A stretch of DNA of 44,393 nucleotides, filler included, from an uncultured virus (IMG/VR IMGVR_UViG_2061766007_003500) (7 parts of one record of this genome joined end to end with filler, not necessarily neighbours in it), one strand, 5' to 3'. Positions 10,857-21,637 are shown, numbered from the whole stretch's first letter. Translations and numbers: made by a program. The notes: generated by a model not told the origin, from the sequence alone.

Positions 10857-12237
10857 ATGATTAAATCTGGAAAATATCTTCAAAATCCTTCAGAGTTGGC
10901 GGTTGAAATATCAAAAGTTNNNNNNNNNNNNNNNNNNNNNNNNNNNNNNNNNNNNNNNNNNNNNNTTCGGAACGGATAAAAATAAACCTTCTTCTGAAGA
11001 TTTTATCGACACTTTAGATAGTGTTATGAATGATGTTGGTTTCTATTATTCTGATGATGGTGAAGTAAGAATTGAATCATCAAAAGGTAATGAAGACATT
11101 CTTGNNNNNNNNNNNNNNNNNNNNNNNNNNNNNNNNNNNNNNNNNNNNNNNNNNNNNNNNNNNNNNNNNNNNNNNNNNNNNNNNNNNNNNNNNNNNNNNN
11201 NNNNNNNNNNNNNNNNNNNNNNNNNNNNNAGTTAGTTTAGCTTCCGTCGTTGATTATTATGAGATTTCTGAAGACAGTTATGATGATTTGGACACTGATA
11301 TTCGAGACACTAAAGTTATCACAGTTTGGTTGAATAAAGGTGAAATTGAATCATCTCGCAAAGTTGTCAACTCCGTCCATCTTGAGGAGAAGCTTGCCGG
11401 AACGGGCGGAGTTTTGAGCGACCTTGAATGGTATCTTTACATTTGGGATGAATACGGCAGATTGAATAATGAGCAGGTTGAGGACTTGGCTTACGCCACT
11501 GATGTTCTTATGAATGATGGCCGTTACGATGACTTGGTGAAAAAGGCCAAGGATATTCTTAGAAAATACGGCTACAAGGAGTATTCGAGCAAGAATGTAA
11601 AGTCCGCGAGAAATCGATTTAAATCTTCTTCTAAGGTTGTAAAATCAAGTTGTGGCAATGACTTCTTGTTGTCGCTTAATGGTTTTTTTATGAAATCCAC
11701 GCTTTCAAATGATGAAAGAAAGGCTTTTAGAAAATTTGTAGAAAATAGCGTTTTTGCCAACGAAATGTGGGATTTTGAAAGTTGGGAAACTATATATTGG
11801 AATTGGAAAAACGGGGAGTATGTAAAGTTTTCCAAGAAACCCATCAAATCCTCTCTCAAGAACGAGATAGAGCATTGGGTTTTTGACGCCAACGTCCTTG
11901 ACGAGCTTTCGGAAGACGAGAGAAATGATGTCGTGGCTTNNNNNNNNNNNNNNNNNNNNNNNNNNNNNNNNNNNNNNNNNNNNNNNNNNNNNNNNNNNNN
12001 NNNNNNNNNNNNNNNNNNNNNNNNNNNNNNNNNNNNNNNNNNNNNNNNNNNNNNNNNNNNNNNNNNNNNNNNNNNNNNNNNNNNNNNNNNNNNNNNNNNN
12101 NNNNNNNNNNNNNNNNNNNNNNAAGACCGATTAAGTCAACGTGGGAAAAGACTTTGCAAGATTGGGCGGAAGAGGACGGTTATAAGATAGATGTAATTTG
12201 CGAGCTTGCTCATTTCGCGAACGCGAGATTGGACGAT
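10857..12237 (+). CDS. Acidic modular protein(s) with S-R/K-K-x-[IVL]-x-S linkers (putative internal head protein; boundaries uncertain)
   Basis: Starts MIKSG; contains IESSRKVVNSV, YSSKNVKSA, FKSSSKVVKSS and FSKKPIKSSL between D/E-rich segments. Confidence 0.55.
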
Positions 12238-12294
12238 NNNNNNNNNNAATGGTGCGGCAAAGAGTGGAAAGATGTCACTTTGAAGCGACGAAAT

Positions 12295-12302
12295 TATAAA
12301 TA
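12295..12302 (+). promoter_or_regulatory. TATAAATA, identical to the T4 late promoter consensus
   Basis: Lies upstream of RBS AAGGAG and the ATG at 12324. Confidence 0.4.
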
Positions 12303-12323
12303 ATAATTAAAGGAGATTTGACT

Positions 12324-12633
12324 ATGCTTAGATTTGAGGATTGTGACGGAGACGTAACATTNNNNNNNNNNNNNNNNNNNNNNCGGACGCCAATTGGAGG
12401 CCGCCGAGTTGCCGATGGACGCAATGCGGGCGCAAAAGTATTTCTCGGCCTCTACGGTCGGAGAGGTTTTGAATCTTGTCGAAAGCGGTGACGAGTCGCC
12501 GATTGTCGTTTTCAGGAACGGTGAGCTTGAGCTCGGCTTCGCCAATTTTGACAGTGGTTCNNNNNNNNNNNNNNNNNNNNNNNNNNNNNNNNNNNNNNNN
12601 NNNNNNNNNNNNNNNNNNNNNNNNNNTGGTTGA
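12324..12633 (+). CDS. Hypothetical protein (gapped)
   Basis: RBS AAGGAG; MLRFEDCDGDVT continuing into ORF 12394..12633. Confidence 0.5.
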
Positions 12634-12651
12634 AATGAGTTAAAAATGAAC

Positions 12652-12686
12652 GAAAGCCTTGGATGTTGCAAGCGTCCAAGGCTTTC
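12652..12686. promoter_or_regulatory. Strong 14-bp stem-loop (terminator or regulatory hairpin)
   Basis: GAAAGCCTTGGATG-ttgcaag-CGTCCAAGGCTTTC with one G-U pair. Confidence 0.6.
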
Positions 12687-12773
12687 TGAGCGTCAACGGC
12701 TTTGGAGGTGGCCGCCTATGCCTATCGAANNNNNNNNNNNNNNNNNNNNNNNNNNNNNNNNNNNNNNNNNNNN

Positions 12774-12785
12774 TTAATTAATTAA
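12774..12785. other. Artificial contig linker TTAATTAATTAA
   Basis: Six-frame stop palindrome embedded in Ns; identical copies at 15167, 21944, 23094, 28552 and 43640. Confidence 0.95.
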
Positions 12786-12829
12786 NNNNNNNNNNNNNNN
12801 NNNNNNNNNNNNNNNNNNNNNNNNNNNNN

Positions 12830-13307
12830 TCGCGTAAATGATTGGTGGGCGGATGACCATAATGGAATTTTAGGTTCAGTTGATTTGCTCGATACTCCGA
12901 AGGGATTGATAGTATACAACATTGCCAAATCGGGTATGGTAGGNNNNNNNNNNNNNNNNNNNNNNNNNNNNNNNNNNNNNNNNNNNNNNNNNNNNNNNNN
13001 NNNNNNNNNNNNNNNNNNNNNNNNNNNNNNNNNNNNNNNNNNNNNNNNNNNNNNNNNNNNNNNNNNNNNNNNNNNTCAAAGTGCCACGGCTCTCATGGAC
13101 TTGGAGAAAGGCCTGCGCGAGCAAATCAGCTCGGCAATCGAGGAGGCTTACGCCAAGAATCCGGCCAACGAGTGGATTGCTGCGATGTTCAACAGTCTGC
13201 ATTTGGGAGACAAGAGCGTCACGATGCCGTTGGCGAGCTCCGCGAATCGCTACCCCAGCGTGAAGNNNNNNNNNNNNNNNNNNNNNNNNNNNNNNNNNNT
13301 TGTTTAA
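12830..13307 (+). CDS. Prohead core protease, T4 gp21-like (5' truncated)
   Basis: GILGSVDLLDTPKGLIVYNIAKSGMVG matches the gp21 family G...ilDTP.G.i...l...G...GvSsRG segment; the catalytic Ser would fall in the following gap. Confidence 0.75.
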
Positions 13308-13324
13308 GTAAGGAGATTTTAATT

Positions 13325-14725
13325 ATGAGATTGATTGAGTCAGACAATTGGCCTATTTCAAAGCGCCGCGCGGCCCGCGAATTCGAGAGAAACCGTTCGG
13401 AAATGTACGGAGAGATGAGAGGCGATGATGAGACGTTGGCCGCTAAGTTCGTTAAGGACAAGATTTATCCGATAATCGATGAAATTTCGGCTATGTGCGG
13501 TCATAATGCAGTTTCGGATATAAAGAAGAAAGTTTTGAGCGCGGTGACGAATATTGAATATTGTCAAGTTGAATTTCAATGTCGTATATTTGATGATGAC
13601 ATTTTGCCGGGAGTTTCGTATACTGATGATTTTTTCAAAAGTTACGGTAACTTCAATCGATTTGCTGACGCTTTTTCCAACATTGTCGNNNNNNNNNNNN
13701 NNNNNNNNNNNNNNNNNNNNNNNNNNNNNNNNNNNNNNNNNNNNNNNNNNNNNNNNNNNNNNNNNNNNNNNNNNNNNNNNNNNNNNNNNNNNNNNNNNNN
13801 NNNNNNNNNNNNNNNNNNNNNNNNNNNNNNNNNNNNNNNNNNNNNNNNNNNNNNNNNNNNNNNNNNNNNNNNNNNNNNNNNNNNNNNNNNNNNNNNNNNN
13901 NAATTCCCGCAAGGCCGTCGAATCCGGCTATTCCAATAATTCTGATTATGTCGGAGATTGGTTCGGAGAGGGTCAGATTGACTTCTCCAAAGTCATCAAC
14001 CCTGACGCTTCGGGCGACGTCTATATGGTGAAGCTTTGGGGCGGNNNNNNNNNNNNNNNTATTTGGCCAAGGCTTACAACGTCTACGACGCCATCGACAG
14101 CGTTTTGGACTGGTCTTACGTCAACGAGGGCAATAACGACAAGGTATTCGATTATGATTACTTGAGGAATCTAGCCTCCGAGGATTACGAGAGTTATTTG
14201 GAAAGGCCCGACCATTGGTCTTGTGAAGAGGGATTGAGCGAGGAGGAATTCATAGATTGGTGGATTGATGACTCTTACATCTGCAACGATGATTACACCT
14301 TGTTCGCCTATGAGGAGAATTTCTTCGCCGACAAGGTTCCGGAGAAGTATTTGGCCAATTCCCGCAAGGCAATCAAATCTAGTCGCGACATAAAAACACG
14401 AATAGACAGAAAGATAGAATCCTATGAGTTGCCGTTTGAATGCGTGAATGCGACTATAGATGATGGCCATCTGGATATGACAATCGTTGAGTATCTCAAA
14501 GGGTACGGTTCTTCTAAAACAAAGGAGAACGTTATAAACGGAAAAGGCGATGGCGAGAGCTTTGAATTTGATGACACTCTTAAATATGAAGAGGCTGTTT
14601 GCTTGCCTTATTTGGTAAAACAGGGTACATCCTATCCGACGGCTTATTTCCAAGATGTTTACAAAAGAAAGGATGCCGTACCATTCAGTACCGCAACAAT
14701 CCATCTGATAAAGGAATATGATTGA
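13325..14725 (+). CDS. Acidic modular protein with NSRKAVESG and NSRKAIKSS linkers (putative internal head polyprotein)
   Basis: RBS AAGGAG; starts MRLIES; directly downstream of the protease; frames joined across N gaps. Confidence 0.55.
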
Positions 14726-14735
14726 GAGGTGTGAT

Positions 14736-15122
14736 GTGAAAAATATAAATTCCGTTAAAATTCCGAAAGTTCGCGGAGAGAGAGATTTCAAATTTGAGGA
14801 TTGCGAAGCTGAAATAAAAAGGCAAATTCGCGATAAATTTGAAAATCCTCAATATTTTGAAATAGATTCTTCGCGGGATGGATATGAGGTCGGCTATGTT
14901 AAGTTGTCGTTTCTTGACGACGCAATTATGAGTTTTGGCCTTCCTGACAACACTCCATCGGATATGGGCGTATATTCGTTTAAGTTAATGGACGATTCGC
15001 TTGCGGATTTTTATTGGGAAGGCAAGGCTTTCAATGATTTCAAAACTGATTTGAACGAAGCGTTGGATATTTGGTCAAGCGCCAAGAAAATACCTTTAAA
15101 ATCGTCTAAAGCGCGAGAGCTT
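14736..15122 (+). CDS. Acidic protein with the same linker class (3' truncated)
   Basis: RBS GAGGTG; starts MKNINSV and contains SSAKKIPLKSS. Confidence 0.55.
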
Positions 15123-15166
15123 NNNNNNNNNNNNNNNNNNNNNNNNNNNNNNNNNNNNNNNNNNNN

Positions 15167-15178
15167 TTAATTAATTAA
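15167..15178. other. Artificial contig linker TTAATTAATTAA
   Basis: Six-frame stop palindrome flanked by Ns. Confidence 0.95.
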
Positions 15179-15222
15179 NNNNNNNNNNNNNNNNNNNNNN
15201 NNNNNNNNNNNNNNNNNNNNNN

Positions 15223-15563
15223 AACGAAATCCGTAAGAACGTCGCCCGCTCAGGCGCCAACTACATTGTCGCCGGTACAAAATTGATGAACATCATCGAG
15301 TCTTTGGGCGGCAACTTCTACAACAGCCAGAACATTTGGAAGGCCAACAGCTACTCAGCCGAGCCTATCGGTCCGTATGTTGCCGGCGACTTGTTCGGAC
15401 GCTTCAAGGTTCTCAAGAACCAGGATTACGCCGAGGATGTCGCCTTGCTCGGCTACAAGCGAGACGATGTGGATGCCTCTTACGCCGTTGGGTCTTTCAT
15501 TTCGCTCTACTCTACGAACCCGCTCGCCAAAGACGACCTTACCGTTGTGTCCGGCAGCGGATG
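15223..15563 (+). CDS. Major capsid protein, T4 gp23-like, C-terminal fragment
   Basis: NEIRKNVARSGANYIVAG and VAGDLFGRFKVLKNQDYAEDVALLGYKRDDVDASYAVGSFISL match gp23 neI...t.rG.gN.iv and aG.l.gr.kVy.d.y...d...vGYKg....DAg..y.Py.pL. Confidence 0.78.
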
Positions 15564-15760
15564 NNNNNNNNNNNNNNNNNNNNNNNNNNNNNNNNNNNNN
15601 NNNNNNNNNNNNNNNNNNNNNNNNNNNNNNNNNNNNNNNNNNNNNNNNNNNNNNNNNNNNNNNNNNNNNNNNNNNNNNNNNNNNNNNNNNNNNNNNNNNN
15701 NNNNNNNNNNNNNNNNNNNNNNNNNNNNNNNNNNNNAACGATAAAAAGAGGTTATCATTT

Positions 15761-17448
15761 ATGTCTAGTAAGAATAATAGACTAATCGTTTATTATGTTT
15801 ATTTAATTACAAATAATTTAAATAAAAAAACTTATGTTGGGAAAAGAAANNNNNNNNNNNNNNNNNNNNNNNNNNNNNNNNNNNNNNNNNNNNNNNNNNN
15901 NNNNNNNNNNNNNNNNNNNNNNNNNNNNNNNNNNNNNNNNNNNNNNNNNNNNNNNNNNNNNNNNNNNNNNNNNNNNNNNNNNNNNNNNNNNNNNNNNNNN
16001 NNNNNNNNNNNNNNNNNNNNNNNNNNNNNNNNNNNNNNNNNNNNNNNNNNNNNNNNNNNNNNNNNNNNNNNNNNNNNNNNNNNNNNNNNNNNNNNNNNNN
16101 NNNNNNNNNNNNNNNNNNNNNNNNNNNNNNNNNNNNNNNNNNNNNNNNNNNNNNNNNNNNNNNNNNNNNNNNNNNNNNNNNNNNNNNNNNNNNNNNNNNN
16201 NNNNNNNNNNNNNNNNNNNNNNNNNNNNNNNNNNNNNNNNNNNNNNNNNNNNNNNNNNNNNNNNNNNNNNNNNNNNNNNNNNNNNNNNNNNNNNNNNNNN
16301 NNNNNNNNNNNNNNNNNNNNNNNNNNNNNNNNNNNNNNNNNNNNNNNNNNNNNNNNNNNNNNNNNNNNNNNNNNNNNNNNNNNNNNNNNNNNNNNGCGGA
16401 GAAGGTGGTCATGGTCCTACTTCGGAAGAAACTAAAATAAAATTAAGATTAGCCAATCTTGGAAAAAAACGTTCGCTTGAAACAAGAAAGAAATTGTCGG
16501 AATTTCATAANNNNNNNNNNNNNNNNNNNNNNNNNNNNNNNNNNNNNNNNNNNNNNNTAAAATTTCTAAATCTCTTCGAGGTAGAAAGTATGGAAGTAGA
16601 AGTGATGTTTGGAAATCTAACATTTCAAAAGGAATCCGCAATTCTGAAAAATGGCGAAAGGCGATACAAAGCGAGGAGCGTAGCAGAAAGTTGTCGGAGT
16701 CGCTTAAAGGAAAGAAAAGTTGGAATAAAGGAATGAAGATGGGCGATGAGTTTTCCAAACGCGTTTCGACTTCAATGAAACAAATGTACGTCTCTCCCAA
16801 AGGCGATGAAGTGAAGGCCAAGATTAAATTCGCCCGGCAATTTCAAGTGATGACGGAAGAAACTAAAAGGAAAATCTCAGAATCCAATAAAGGAAAGAAG
16901 GTGAGCGACGCTACCAGGGAAAAGCTTAGTAAGGCGAACGCCGGAAGAGTCGTAAGTGAAGAGACCAAGTTGAAGATTAAGGCGGCGAGAGCGAGGCAGG
17001 TCTTTTCGGAAGAGTCGCGGGAAAAGTTGAAGGAGTCGAAAAGAAAGTATTGGGATTCGCCCGAAGGTTTTGAGATGAGAAGAAGGATTTCCGAGCAATC
17101 GAGAAACAGAAAAATGCCGAANNNNNNNNNNNNNNNNNNNNNNNNNNNNNNNNNNNNNNNNNNNNNNNCCCGGACGGGTTTGTTCCGGGAAGACTCGGAA
17201 ACTTCGCTTGTTCGGAGGAAGTCAAGCGGAAGAAGTCTGAGGCTTATTGGAGTAAGAGCGCGGAAGAGAAGGTGGCTTGGAAGGCAAAACTTTCCAATTC
17301 GCATAAAGGCGCTGTTTTTACTCAAGAAAGGCGGGACAAAATAAAGGCCAGTAAAGTTGGAATTCATTATTGGAATAACGGCATTGTGGAGGTAATGAGA
17401 AGGGATTGTCCGGAAGGCTTTGTTCCCGGAAGATTGGCGAGAAAATAA
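15761..17448 (+). CDS. GIY-YIG homing endonuclease with a long NUMOD3-like repeat array
   Basis: YYVYLITNNLNKKTYVGKR (GIY-YIG), GEGGHG, repeated SEETK.K(I/L)S...GK units and C-terminal YWNNG...CPEGFVPGR. A ~545-nt gap could hide a second gene. Confidence 0.8.
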
Positions 17449-17455
17449 CCTGAAT

Positions 17456-17500
17456 TTCACTTTACTTTATATTCAACAAATGTTATAACACCTTCCGACA
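17456..17500 (+). promoter_or_regulatory. Sigma70-type promoter with conserved downstream box (copy 2)
   Basis: TTTACT-17 nt-TATAAC with extended TGn, then ACCTTCCGACA. Confidence 0.7.
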
Positions 17501-17513
17501 AGTGGGAGGTTCC

Positions 17514-17758
17514 ATGAAAGTGAATCGAGTCGTTTACGATTATTTGGACGGGTTGGCCGATGGAACTACGGTCAGCGGATGGGGGCTNNNNNNNNNNCCG
17601 GAAGATGCACTTATCCCAGCACTCTTTTGGACTATTGCCGCGACTATTGCGACATCACCGGAGGGGAGTGGGAGTGCGTGGACAAAGGGAAGTCCGTTTA
17701 TAAATTTCACAAAGGCTGCGTGAAACTAAATGGTTTCGTTCCGAACGGAAGGGAGTGA
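17514..17758 (+). CDS. Small hypothetical protein, putative early gene
   Basis: RBS GGGAGG; MKVNRVVYDYLDG...YPSTLLDYCRDYCDITGG...PNGRE* when read across the short gap. Confidence 0.6.
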
Positions 17759-17768
17759 TTTATATATT
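17759..17768 (+). promoter_or_regulatory. TTTATATATT motif (candidate late promoter; also at 24343 and 26318)
   Basis: Three identical intergenic copies, each upstream of a gene start. Confidence 0.45.
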
Positions 17769-17787
17769 CTATATAGGAGAAATTATT

Positions 17788-18581
17788 ATGAATGTTAACG
17801 AAATGGCAGATTACTTGGAGGAGAATGGAATCGCCACCGATTCCGAGATTCGCTTGGTAAGTAATATAAACGGATGGAGNNNNNNNNNNNNNNNNNNNNN
17901 NNNNNNNNNNNNNNNNNNNNNNNNNNNNNNNNNNNNNNNNNNNNNNNNNNNNNNNNNNNNNNNNNNNNNNNNNNNAAGAAAAAGAAAAGCATAAAATCCG
18001 ACTATTCCGATGAGGAGTATTGGGAGGACTCGCAGTTGAAGACTACCGTTTGGGCGGGAAACAAAGAGGTGACTTTGGATGAGTCTCCGGCGGAGCACAT
18101 CAAAAAGAACCTTGACGCTTACATAGGTTATATGCCTTACGATATGGAGAAGTTGGTGCTTGAGCCGAGCGGATACGAGAAGTATTATGAAAAAGAGGGA
18201 CGTAACGGCAAGAAGAAAATCATTTATAAAAAGCCTGGAGCGGGTATGATAACTCTTTTCTTTGATGAAAACAATGAGTTGGAAAATATCAATTCATCCC
18301 GCAAGCCGCTCAACTCCTCTTACGACAAGCTTATAGGGGAAGGCGACGGTTGTCAAATTGTCCTTGACGGAGATGAGTATCAACTTCTTAAAGACGGGGA
18401 AGTCGTGGACTCGGTCAAGATTGGCGGGGCGAGCGAGAGCAGGTTGGAGAAATGGGCGGTCGTAAATGACATCGCGATGAGTCCCGAATACTTGAACGAT
18501 GTTGGAAAGGAGCGGATGAAAGAGCTGTCCAACTCCCGCAATAACGCCGCCGTCAAAAGCGTATTTTCAAGCAAAAAATAA
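17788..18581 (+). CDS. Acidic modular protein with KKSIKSD, INSSRKPLNSS and NSRNNAAVKSVFSS linkers
   Basis: RBS AGGAG; same linker class as the proteins at 10857 and 13325. Confidence 0.6.
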
Positions 18582-18598
18582 ATTGAAGGAGTAAGATT

Positions 18599-18996
18599 AT
18601 GAAGTTGGAAGACGTTAAGGAAAATCGACCTTCGGAAGAGGAAATCGAAAGAAAGCTGCGGGCTTACTTGAAGCGGCGCAATAAGAGCATCTCCGAGGCG
18701 GAGATTGAGGACACCGTGGAGTACATTTCCTCATTATTTGACGACGAGTGGATTGAGTATACGGTTGAAGAGGGTATCGGAAGNNNNNNNNNNNNNNNNN
18801 NNNNNNNNNNNNNNNNNNNNCGACGACACTATGGAGATTGAGGACTGGGAGAGGCAGAACGGTCCGCTGAAGAAGAATCCCTATCCTGTAAAGTCCGCGG
18901 CGGGAAATGCCGGAAGAATCGAGAGAGAAGGCGATAGATTGGTTGCGTATTCTAACGGCGATGTGTTTGACTATATTGATTTGAATAAAGGCGATG
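18599..18996 (+). CDS. Acidic protein with KKNPYPVKSA linker (3' end in gap)
   Basis: RBS AAGGAG; ORFs 18599 and 18705 joined across the gap. Confidence 0.5.
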
Positions 18997-19817
18997 NNNN
19001 NNNNNNNNNNNNNNNNNNNNNNNNNNNNNNNNNNNNNNNNNNNNNNNNNNNNNNNNNNNNNNNNNNNNNNNNNNNNNNNNNNNNNNNNNNNNNNNNNNNN
19101 NNNNNNNNNNNNNNNNNNNNNNNNNNNNNNNNNNNNNNNNNNNNNNNNNNNNNNNNNNNNNNNNNNNNNNNNNNNNNNNNNNNNNNNNNNNNNNNNNNNN
19201 NNNNNNNNNNNNNNNNNNNNNNNNNNNNNNNNNNNNNNNNNNNNNNNNNNNNNNNNNNNNNNNNNNNNNNNNNNNNNNNNNNNNNNNNNNNNNNNNNNNN
19301 NNNNNNNNNNNNNNNNNNNNNNNNNNNNNNNNNNNNNNNNNNNNNNNNNNNNNNNNNNNNNNNNNNNNNNNNNNNNNNNNNNNNNNNNNNNNNNNNNNNN
19401 NNNNNNNNNNNNNNNNNNNNNNNNNNNNNNNNNNNNNNNNNNNNNNNNNNNNNNNNNNNNNNNNNNNNNNNNNNNNNNNNNNNNNNNNNNNNNNNNNNNN
19501 NNNNNNNNNNNNNNNNNNNNNNNNNNNNNNNNNNNNNNNNNNNNNNNNNNNNNNNNNNNNNNNNNNNNNNNNNNNNNNNNNNNNNNNNNNNNNNNNNNNN
19601 NNNNNNNNNNNNNNNNNNNNNNNNNNNNNNNNNNNNNNNNNNNNNNNNNNNNNNNNNNNNNNNNNNNNNNNNNNNNNNNNNNNNNNNNNNNNNNNNNNNN
19701 NNNNNNNNNNNNNNNNNNNNNNNNNNNNNNNNNNNNNNNNNNNNNNNNNNNNNNNNNNNNNNNNNNNNNNNNNNNNNNNNNNNNNNNNNNNNNNNNNNNN
19801 NNNNNNNNNNNNAAGGT

Positions 19818-20680
19818 ATGGGTTATAAAATGTCGCCAATCCCTTACATGGGTTGCAAGATGCGATTGCTGTCGCAGATTATTCCTTACTTTCCGAAAGA
19901 TATAGAATGCTTTTACGACCTTTTCGGCGGCTCAGGAACGGTCTCGATGAACGTCGAGGCCAAGAGATACGTTATAAATGATTACTCGTGGTTTGTATAT
20001 GATTTATATAAAATGCTGAAGGAAGTTCCTTTCGAGGCAATCATCGCCCGTTGCTGGGAGTTGTCCGATAAATACGGTTTCGTCAATGCTGGAGATGGAG
20101 AGTCAAATAGGAAGACGAATTTGGACGCGTTTTATAAGTTGCGGGATTCGGTGAATGAATCTTACAATCCAATTGATGCCTTTCTTATGATTTATTATTC
20201 TTTTTTTAGAAGTTTCAGGCTTGATTCGAATAGGAAATTTACATCGACTGCCGGTGGAAATGCTTTTAAGAAAAGCGATGAGGTCAGCGTCAAGTTTGGT
20301 TGCGACTTCTTTTCCAAGGAGAACGTATCGATTTTCAACAAGTCCTTTTCGGACTTTTCGGAATTTGAGTCTGGAGACTTCGTTTATTTAGACCCTCCTT
20401 ATTTCAACACTGATGCGACTTATAATGATGGTTGGGACATGGAATGCGAGANNNNNNNNNNNNNNNNNNNNNNNNNNNGGGAGTGAAATTCGCGATGAGC
20501 GATGTGTTTAAGAATAAGGGAATTTCAAACGAGCATTTGATGCGTTGGTGCGATGAGAATGGTTGGACGGTTCATCATTTGGATATAAANNNNNNNNNNN
20601 NNNNNNNNNCCAATGATAAATTGGGCGTTGATGAGGTGTTGATTTGCAATTATGACAAAAAGACCGCAAGATTATTTTAG
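19818..20680 (+). CDS. DNA adenine methyltransferase, Dam/D12 class
   Basis: SPIPYMGCK, FYDLFGGSGTV, VIND, FVYLDPPY, KFAMS and EVLICNY. Confidence 0.9.
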
Positions 20681-20688
20681 GAGGTTTT

Positions 20689-21435
20689 ATGACTAAATTA
20701 TTTGAAATGCCGCAAGTTTCCATAAATAAGAAAATCCGATTGATTGAGCTGTTCGGTGGAATAGGAACGCAGTCGATGGCCTTGAGAGACATCGGCGCGG
20801 ATTTCGAGCGGTGGAAATTGGTGGAGTTTGACAAGAATGCGGTCAACTCCTACAACGCCATTCATGGGACGAATTTCGAGCCTATGGATATACGGAATGT
20901 ACATGCCGAGGACTTGGATATAATTGATTGCGACAAGTATGATTACGTGATGGTATATAGTTCGCCTTGTACTTCTTTGTCAGTGGCGGGNNNNNNNNNN
21001 NNNNNNNNNNNNNNNNNNNNNNNNNNNNNNNNNNNNNNNNNNNNNNNNNNNNNNNNNNNCAAGGATGGAATTCACGGAATGCCTAAAGTCCTGCTTATGG
21101 AGAATGTCACCCAAATTCACAACAAAGAGAACATCGCGGACTTCAACGAGTGGCTTTCGTTCCTGAAGGATTCCGGCCATTGGAGCGATTGGTTCGACTT
21201 GGCCGCTCCGGACTTCGGCGTACCGCAAAGCCGCGATAGGTGCTTTTGCGTGTCGATTTACTCTAAGGAAATGATTTCCATAGAGCCTCCGAAGCCTATT
21301 CCCCTGACCGTTCGCATGAATGACTTCTTGGAGACGGAAGTGGGCGATGAATTTTACTTGAAGTCGGAGAAGGCCGAGAAATTGGTCAAAGAGCTGTTCG
21401 AGAGCGGGAAATTGCGAGATGAGGACTTGCGATAG
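20689..21435 (+). CDS. DNA cytosine-C5 methyltransferase, motifs I-VIII only
   Basis: ELFGGIG (I), SSPCTSLS (IV), LMENV (VI), PQSRDRCF (VIII); stops before motifs IX-X. Confidence 0.88.
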   Translation: MTKLFEMPQVSINKKIRLIELFGGIGTQSMALRDIGADFERWKLVEFDKNAVNSYNAIHGTNFEPMDIRNVHAEDLDIIDCDKYDYVMVYSSPCTSLSVAXXXXXXXXXXXXXXXXXXXXXXXXKDGIHGMPKVLLMENVTQIHNKENIADFNEWLSFLKDSGHWSDWFDLAAPDFGVPQSRDRCFCVSIYSKEMISIEPPKPIPLTVRMNDFLETEVGDEFYLKSEKAEKLVKELFESGKLRDEDLR

Positions 21436-21637
21436 GGTTTTGAGGATTGGAAGTCTCGCCAATACCCAAAGCGCGGTTTGGGGCGCGGTGTACAATCCTT
21501 TTGGAGTATCTCCTACGCTCATTGCCGGAATGAGCCACGGCGGGCAGGCGATTCCTTTTATTTTGGTCAAGTATGAGAATTTGGATATTGAGAAAGCAAA
21601 GAAACGAATTCGGAAAGATGATTCGAAGGGGTTATGA
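21419..21637 (+). CDS. Small ORF resembling a C5-methyltransferase variable-region repeat
   Basis: GAVYNPFGVSPTLIAGMSHGG resembles the xVY..xG.sPTl units of phage C5 methyltransferases. Confidence 0.45.
   Translation: MRTCDRVLRIGSLANTQSAVWGAVYNPFGVSPTLIAGMSHGGQAIPFILVKYENLDIEKAKKRIRKDDSKGL

Noticed and set aside
12686..15563. Protease-internal proteins-capsid order as a conserved head operon
   Set aside because: Linkers at 12774 and 15167 separate these pieces; only the protease and the two downstream acidic genes are on one contig.
15564..17460. Group I intron interrupting the major capsid gene
   Set aside because: The capsid fragment is already near the expected gp23 C-terminus, the endonuclease has its own RBS, and no capsid exon follows it.
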